Assembly (NCBI RefSeq): GCF_009914755.1
Contig: NC_060944.1
Direction: 5' to 3' (one strand)
From: the human T2T-CHM13v2.0 reference genome, Homo sapiens
Length of the DNA: 64,000 bases
Positions 55,883 through 64,000 of the stretch are shown one piece after another (the first letter of the stretch is position 1; each line of letters opens with the position of its first letter). The position numbers and the translations under genes are program-made. Under the pieces are notes generated by a model that made no database searches, was not told the origin of the DNA, and saw nothing but the letters and a program-made list of their open reading frames with translations.

Positions 55883-58580
55883 TGTACATAAATCTACAAT
55901 TCTAATTTTGAATGATTTATTGACCATCTTCTATAAAAAAGATTGGATTGGATGAGAACACCAAAACATAAAATAAGATGAAATGAAAGTCAAGATTTTG
56001 CTGCCCGAACTACTTATGATTTAGAAGAGATTTGCCATCCTCAAATGCTGAAGTGGAGCCAAGCCATGTGCATTCCAGGGGCTTCTGGGAGATAAATTGG
56101 TTTCACTCATCCAAAGCCATCAGTCACCATTCACCCACTTTTCTGTTTGGAGTTATTTAGTTTCTTCTTGAATGCTTCCCATCTTGCTCAAATTTGCACC
56201 CTGTCTCTGTCCTTCTCTCTCTTCAAAATGAAGGAGGTTGAAGTAGGTAGAAGTTTGCTCATCACCCTAATCGCACTTATTTATTTAGAACAGCAAAATC
56301 CTCTCGAGATGACGAATTTGCTTTCTGCCAAAGTTATGCAGCTGACTGTTTATAACAGATCCTGTAATTAATTGGATTTTGTCACTAGAATGCATGCTTT
56401 TTTCCCTTTGCTTTGCAGGTGTGAAAATCTCAGAAATGGCCTTGCAAGGTTGTAGCTTCCAGCCACGTTAGCCAGAGGGGACCAGACCTTCATCACCTTC
56501 ATTTTTTAATTGGCTTTTGATGTTGGACATAATTTCTTAATGACACAGCCATCTCCTCTGTTGAAGCTGCACAGCTTTGAATGTTCATTACGCTACAGAG
56601 TTGGTCTCAGCTTATTTTGGAATTATTGTTTCTCCAAGCTTACTTAGACAACCTCTGGCCTCCTTTTTGGGTTATGTAATTATTTCCTCATGCAGCCCAT
56701 AGCTTGCTTCCCCACATGTCTAAGGCTACTGCTAACCATGAGATCTTATTCATAACTCTATTGTGAGACAGAACAAAGGCACCCAGTCTACATAACCTCA
56801 CCAGAGGTAAAAAGCAACTCTATCCTTACCCAGCCTTTCCCACAAGGCTTTTCTGTTTGCCAGAAGTGTCGGCATTCTTGACTCCATTGGGGAAATGTAC
56901 CTATAGCAAAAAACAAATCTAAAAATCGCATAACTGACTGCACTCGTTCTATTTTGTCTTAAATTTTATTAACCCTGCTTTGCCCAGAATTTTTTTAATC
57001 TCTTGAGGTAAGTTTCCAATCATCTCTCCTCCCTCCTTCCTACCCCGAACACACAAACTTTGGGGATAAGGGAAGGAGGGCTGTATCAAGAGAAAATGTC
57101 AGGCAACAAGAGGAGGTGATCATCTATCCCTCAGTGCCACATACAAAGACTGATTTTAAATTAATTAGCCAATGCAGGAAAACAGCAACAACAACAAAAT
57201 CCCCAGCAAGATCAATTGCTCAATATGCCCTGTTTTTAAACTGATTTGATCAAATCAGTGGTTGATCTGAGGTCCTGCTTAGACAAACCCATGTAAACAT
57301 ACATTACAAAACAGATTTTTCAAGGAAATCTAAGGGGCTGATACACAATAAATATTTAAGTTAAACCCCAAACTGTGTAAATAGTAAATAATTTTGTTTC
57401 CTGTCACTCACAGCTCTCTGGAACAGTTTACTATTTAATGTATCTGAACATCAAAAGAATCCCTTAACTTGAAATATTTTCCAAAAAGTCATTAAATAAC
57501 ATATTTCTTCCAAACAAAACCCAAGCTGGAATGGAAACCCTCACACATATACCTATTGGTTAATTAAGGTTAGGATTCCCTCAAGAGAAAAGAGCTGGTC
57601 AAAAGAGGTTGGTTCTGTCCAAAGACAAGTTTAAACATTATAATTCAGGTGACCCCAAAGGAAAGGAGAGGACCTGCTAGAGGACTCTCAGTCAGAAGTT
57701 GGCACAGATGTTTTTTCTTCTGCTGCAGGTGTGAAACGGAATGGTAGTATCTGCTTACCTTTGTGCAGAGACCATTCCTCCCAGGACATCAGCCTCTATG
57801 CATCTATTGAACCAACACGACCCAAGTTTGCGATGTTCCTCCCAGAGAAAGAAAGAGTTCAGTCTGTAACAAAGTGGCGTAGTTTGATCCTTGGGGTCAT
57901 AGCCCCACTGCGGCACCTCGGCTTCGCATTTGCGCAGAGAGGATGCTGGCAATCTGATACAGGACTTAAATGCAAAATGAATGCCACCTTGGGGTTTGTG
58001 CCCTTCCATTTCATAATCATGTGACCTTTATTTCCTTTCTTTTCTGTTGACAATTTTTTCTAAGAGATTTGGAGCATCTCTTTCGCTTGAAATTTTTATG
58101 ACCTTTAAAACTCCTGCCTCCATTCTCCCTAAGACTGCCTTCAGAAAAGCTGCAGCTGATCCCAGCACATGACTCACACAGCATCTACCTGTCACATTCC
58201 AAGTGCCTCGCTGTGTCGTGGGCATCAAGTGGCAAAATGAACAAAGATCGAATGTCAGGAGGCCCTATCCAGGGTCACATGCTTGGCCGCACTTCCCCTT
58301 TCAAGAGCTGGTGGGAGAAAGATTTTGAGCAGGGTCACCGAAGACAGGTATGCTCTGTAGGAGAGCAAAGAGAAGGAAGAAATGCTTTGCCTTAATGACT
58401 TTTTCAAAGACTCAGGATTTCCCTGGATGCCTTTCTGGCTTTGAACTAAAGTGCTCTGAAAGATCAACTTGCTTGGCTATATTGCCCTTGGTAACTTTTC
58501 TTGGGGAAGACAGGAAGCTTCCCCACTACCCTTTTTTTAAAGAAAAGTATTTTTTAAATTGTGGAAGCCAGGCGGGAAGC

Positions 58581-58762
58581 CAGCCTCCTGAGTAGCTGGG
58601 ATTACAGGGACGCACCACCACACTCAGCTATTTTTTTATATTTTTAGTAAAGACAGGGTTTCACTATGTTGGCCAGACTGATCTGAACTCCTGACCTCGT
58701 GATCTGCCCATCTTGGCCTCCCAAAGTGCTGGGATTACAGGCATGAGCCACCCTGCCCGGCT
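58581..58762 (-). mobile_element. Alu lacking its 3' portion and poly-A tail
   Basis: Antisense Alu begins abruptly at cagcctcctgagtagctggg. Confidence 0.88.
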
Positions 58763-59560
58763 GTCATTATTCTATTTTTAGTCTTCTGAGGAGCTGCCAT
58801 ACTGTTTTTCACAGCAGCTGTACCATTTGCATTTTCACCAGTGGTGCTCAAGTGTACCGATTTCTCCATATCCTCACCAACACTGGTTACTTTCTGTTAT
58901 TTTGATAATAGCCATCCTAATGGGTGTGAAGTGGTATCTCATTGTGGTTTTGATCTGTTTTTCCCTAATAAGGAGTGATGTTGAGCGTCTGGTCCTGTGC
59001 TTATTGGCCATTAGTACATACTCTTTGGAGAAAAGTCTTCAAATCCTTTGCCATATTTTAATTGAGTTTGCTTTTTTGTTGTTGCATTTTGGTTTTTTAC
59101 ATATTCTGGATGTTAATCCCTTAAGAGATAAGCAATTTGCAAATACTTTCTTCCAGTCTGTGGGCTGCCTTATTACTCTGTTGATGGGTCCTCTGATGCA
59201 CAAGTTTTTAATTTTGATGAAGTCCAATTTGCCTATTTTTTCTTTTGTTGTCTGTGCCTTTGGTGTCAATAAATCATTGCTAAATCCTTTGTCATGGATT
59301 TAGCATGGAAAAAGCTTTCTCCATATGTTGTCTTCTAAGAGTTTCAGAATTGTAGCTCCTACATTTAGGTCTTTGGTCAATTTTGAGCTAATTTTTGTAT
59401 GTGGTGTTAGCTAAGGGTCCACTTTTATTCTTTTGAATGTGGATATCCTGTTTTTCCAGGACCATTTGTTGAAAAGATTGTCTTTTCCTCTATTGAATGG
59501 GTTGGCATCCTTGTTGAAAATCAATTTCACATATATTTGATGGTTTATTCTTGGGCATGC
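58763..59560 (-). mobile_element. L1MA/MB ORF2 fragment
   Basis: ORF 59039..59269(-) MTPKAQTTKEKIGKLDFIKIKNLC..RQPTDWKKVFAN matches L1 ORF2. Confidence 0.9.
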
Positions 59561-60548
59561 CCTCAGGAACTTTTACTGTATTCATGCATTCTTTCTTTGA
59601 ATTTGCCATATTTTTGTGTTATCCATGTTCTCTGTGCCTGTCTCACTGTTCCACCAGATTACAAACTTCTTGAGAATGGTTTCTAGATTGTTTTCACTAG
59701 TTTGTGTGTTGCCATTGCCTAGTGGCTTTATTTATTTACTGGGGCTAATCTGATCAATGTAGTCAGGCTGGCTATATTAGCATAAATGACCTGGCAAGTG
59801 GGTTTGCATTGATCCCCATTTGAAGCTTGCCCATCCTGAGCACGTTGTAGGACGATTATGAGTATTCTAATGATTTTGCTCTACCAGCCTCCTTCTCTAG
59901 CCAGTGAGCATCTTGGCAGTGCCTGGCCCATTGCTCACTTCTTAATAAGTGTTTTGAGCAAACAGATAAGCCCGTGGATAAATAGCTGTTGAGAATGTGG
60001 AGTAGCCACTGGAGTCTGCTACACTCATCGGGGGAGCGTGGCCCAGAGGGGTTGAATCACAGGTGGATTCTCCTTTTCAGTCCCCTTTTCTGGATCTTCT
60101 TTCTCTTTCTGGATCTAAACTTTGGATCACCTCAGGTCTCAGCCTCAGATCTCTTCTCCATCCACATTTATTTCCAGGCTAAGCTTATCCTGAAGCTTTA
60201 AATGCAATCCATTTGCTGACAACTGCTGAGTCCAAATCTCCAGACCCACCCTCTCTCGTAAGACTAGTGAAGCCACTGAGCCCTTCTGAGCCAGTGTCCT
60301 CATCTGCAAACAAGGGATACTATGATCTTCCTTGCTGCTGTGTATTATAGATACTGTGTGCCAATGCCGGGCACCTAGAAGTGGTCAGCATTATTTCAGT
60401 TTATCTTATTAAGAGTCAGCTGTAGGAAGCCCCTAAAGACTACTTATATTATCAGATATTCCACAATAAAGAACATTTGGAAAAAATTAAAACAAGAGTT
60501 AAAATGTGGAAATCTGCATGCATGGCAGGCAGCTGAAAGCCACCCTAG

Positions 60549-60961
<413 letters not shown>

Positions 60962-61017
60962 TGAGAGCAGCCATATCAACAGAGGCCAGAGTGATTTCAA
61001 ACTGAAAATGACTGTGG

Positions 61018-61521
61018 TGTTGAGCTATAGGCCTGGTGATGCTGCAGAGCAGGAGAGCCCCAAAATTGGGGCTTAGCCCTGGAGGGTTCTTGGCTTAGCC
61101 CAGGAAAGACTTTAAGGGTGAGCCAGTGGTGTTCAACAACAGCTTTGATTGAAGGGGCCGTGCACAGCAGTGGCAGAGGGACTGCACCTTGTAGAGCAGG
61201 GCTCCCCCATAGGCAGTGAGCTTAGAGCAACAGCTCAGAGTTCTGTGGTCATAGTTATACTCACTTTTAATTATATGCAAATTAAGGGGTAGATTATGTA
61301 GAAATTTCTAGGAAAGGGTGGCAACTTCTAGATCACTGGGTTGCTGTCACGGAAAGGGCGATAACTTTCAGGTGCTGCCAAGGCAATGGTAAACTGACAT
61401 GGCACATTGCTGGGCATGTCTTACGGAAAGCAGCTTCTACCCTGTCCCTGTTTTAGTTAGTTCTCAATTTGGTCTGGTGTCCAAGCCCCACCTCCACAGT
61501 GGAGTCCCATCTCCTACCTCA
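61018..61521 (-). mobile_element. Solo ERV1 LTR (MER66-like)
   Basis: TG...CA ends and a near-TSD gtgg/gtga; the reverse complement begins TGAGGTAGGAGATGGGACTC..GGACACCAGACCAAATTGAG, as in MER66. Confidence 0.75.
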
Positions 61522-62209
61522 GTGAAAAATGAGTGGGTTATGTAACCAACGCCCGGAGTCCATTTGCTGGGCTGGTGGTAGTGGGTTGGGGTGGTCCAGC
61601 CAAGAAAAGTGTGTCTAAAGAATGAAGGTGGGATGGGGCAGAGGGCCCAGCAGCTGGGGGAAGGCCCTCTCAGCATGCTGGGTTATGGGGAAGGCCTCCA
61701 AGAATAACTCTTTTCCTCTTTTTATCCCCAGAACTCTTCTATGGGAAATGGCGCTTTGAGTTTGAAGTAGAGATGAAGGTTGGAATAGAAACTAGTTGAG
61801 CACTAAAGGAAAGGCTTTTGAGATATGACCTTATCTTGCATGTAGGGGCTGCCTACTCTCTAGCTGCAAGGACTATGGGGTATGAAGAATTCCCTTCACT
61901 CACACAGAACTTCCTACATTTTAAAGAACTTCCACATCTTTCCCTCTTACCAAGTTGCCCACCAAAATCCTAGAAGGCATTTTGATTCCTTTTCATCAGT
62001 ATTCTCCTGCCTCTAAACTTCAATTTGTGCAAAATCCAGTTGGTTCTGCCCCCAAAATATTTTCTGAATCTCAGCTGACCACAATGCTTTTTTCCCTATC
62101 ACTATAACCCCAGGTTAAGCCATCTCCTATTGGCCTACACAAGCATCCCACCCAGTTTCCTGGCTTTTATCCTAGATCAGTACAACCCATTCTCTATATG
62201 CAGCTAGAG

Positions 62210-63140
62210 GGCCCAGAGGGCAGAGCTGAGAGTCACAGCAGGTGGGGCCTGGGCCTGGAGGATGGAGCTAAGAACCAAAGAGGCAGAACCTAGCCTAGAC
62301 AAGGGAGTGGAAAACCACAGAGTGCTGTTCCCAAGTCCTTGCAACTTCTTGAAATTTGTCCTGCTGCATCTCTAATTTGGTTGGGGTAAGTGACCCCTTT
62401 ACTTAGTACAATTTCTCCCTTGTGGATTGGAAATGTCTACCCTATCCTATCATTGTATTTTGCCTGTCCTGCCACAGTATTTTGGAAGCAGGTAGCTTGC
62501 TTTCTAGGTTCACAGAGGCACAGATGAAGAGGAATTTTGTCTGAGGATGGACCGTACAAAATGTCTCACCCATACTGATTTAGATGAAGAGATTTGGCAC
62601 TTTTGACCTGATGATATTTAGATGAGATTTTGGACATAGAGTTGATGCTGTAATGAGTTGAGCTGGTGGGGATGGGATGTTTTGCACATGGGACAAATAT
62701 GCATTTTTGGGAGCCAGAGAGCAGACTCTAGTGGACTGAAGTGTGGTCTCCCACAAGATATCCACAGGTTCCACCTGGAATCTGTGAATGTGAGCTTATT
62801 TGAAAGAAAGGATCTTTGTGGATGTAATTACACTAAGCAATGAGATCATTCTGGATAGGAGTGGGACCTAAATCCAATGAAAAATGTTCTTAGAAGAAAA
62901 GAGAAAGAGAAAGGATGGGGAGGAGCAGGCCACGTGAGGATGGTGGCAGAAATTAGAGTTATGCTGCCCTCAACCTGGAACCACTAGAACCTGAAAGAGG
63001 CCAGGAAGGCTTCTCCCCTGGAGTCTCTAGAGCAAGTGCAGCCCTGCCGACACCCTGATTTCATATTGACTGTGAGAGAATACATTTCTGTTTAAATGCA
63101 GCAATTTTGTGACAGTATGTTATAGCAGCCATGCTAACAC
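62210..63140 (+). mobile_element. MLT1 internal 3' fragment plus MLT1 LTR (~62728-63140)
   Basis: ggaaatgtctaccctat..cattgtattttg (internal); ggaatctgtgaatgtgagcttatttg..gccctgccgacacc..actgtgagagaata (LTR). Confidence 0.75.
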
Positions 63141-64000
63141 ACTCCCTGTCAGCCTAGGAAGGGTTGTCAAATGTCAAGCTTGATTCCAGCCCTGCCTGGG
63201 GCTTCGCACTTGCAGTCTCCTTTGCCTGGAATACCTTTTCCTCAGGGATGTAAATGCCTGGCTCCCTCCCATCCTTGGGACCTGCTCAAACCTCAACCAC
63301 CTTTGAGGCCTTCACAGACCACCCATTGTAAACGGCCCCCGCTAGTTACTCGATGTGGCCTCACCCTGTCCAATCCCTTTATGGAAACTTTCAGAGTCTG
63401 TAGTTTTGTTCTACCATGTTATTTACCTGTTTATTGCCTCTATTCCCCAACCAGAACCATAAGCATCACAAGGGCTGGGATCTTGTTCCCTGGTGCCAAA
63501 AACAGTACCTGGCTCACAGATGGTCTTTAGTAAATTTGCTGATGGAATGAAAGCAGGGAAGACCTCCTTTGCAGAGCACATCTTGCCTTACCTTTGTGTA
63601 CAGAGGAAGAAATGGGCTGAAAACCATCAGCAAGACTGGGACAAAGCTCACACTCTCCCCTCCACCACCCTGGGGGCCCCTGGGTTCTTGCAGGGCCTCT
63701 GCTCCGTCACTGGGCTCTATTCTTTCCTTTTCCGGCTGTGGACTTTTTTCTAGGGACCCAGGGTCCCATCTTGCTTTGTCCCTGGCTCTCCTGTGCCCCT
63801 GTCACCCACCACTGCCCTGGACTCTTGACTGTAGGGTCCAATGAGGTCCTGCAGGTGTTATTTGCCCCTCCCCCAATTCTGGCCTCAGTCTTGTTCTTCC
63901 TTCTTTCCTCCTCTCCAGGGGCAGGCTCCCTCAGGGTCCAGATCACCTTTGTCAGCTTCACAAAGTCATGGTATCAAGGGCCTGTGTTCTCTCCAGGTCT

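Noticed and set aside
58827-59303. 158-aa hydrophobic ORF resembling a membrane protein
   Set aside because: It is the antisense reading of L1 ORF2.

Overview
Primate (most likely human) genomic DNA carrying the 3' end of ZNF831 on the + strand. It contains ~28 kb of a long intron, a 161-nt penultimate coding exon (28256-28416), a 760-nt last intron, the terminal exon with CDS ending ...SDTSSDDEDRLVIEI* at 30022, and a long, nearly repeat-free 3' UTR probably ending near 34390. The remaining ~30 kb is intergenic; from recalled human synteny it leads toward EDN3, which is not in the window. Interspersed repeats are the usual mix of Alu, L1, L2/MIR, MaLR/ERV LTRs and MER DNA transposons. All repeat-family calls are by eye. 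Notable unexplained structure: (1) an ancient, degenerate, same-strand array of ~10 related 150-600 bp units across ~10.8-22.1 kb of the intron, many bounded by splice-site-like sequences; (2) a ~765-bp, ~94%-identical copy of local unique DNA inserted into the middle of an Alu 2 kb downstream; (3) two compact fold-back/template-switch scars, one with a perfect 19-bp hairpin; (4) a MER53 hairpin of the miR-1302 type, an inverted Alu pair and a 4xC5 i-motif/G4 in the intron. There is no prokaryotic-type system (CRISPR, operon, IS).
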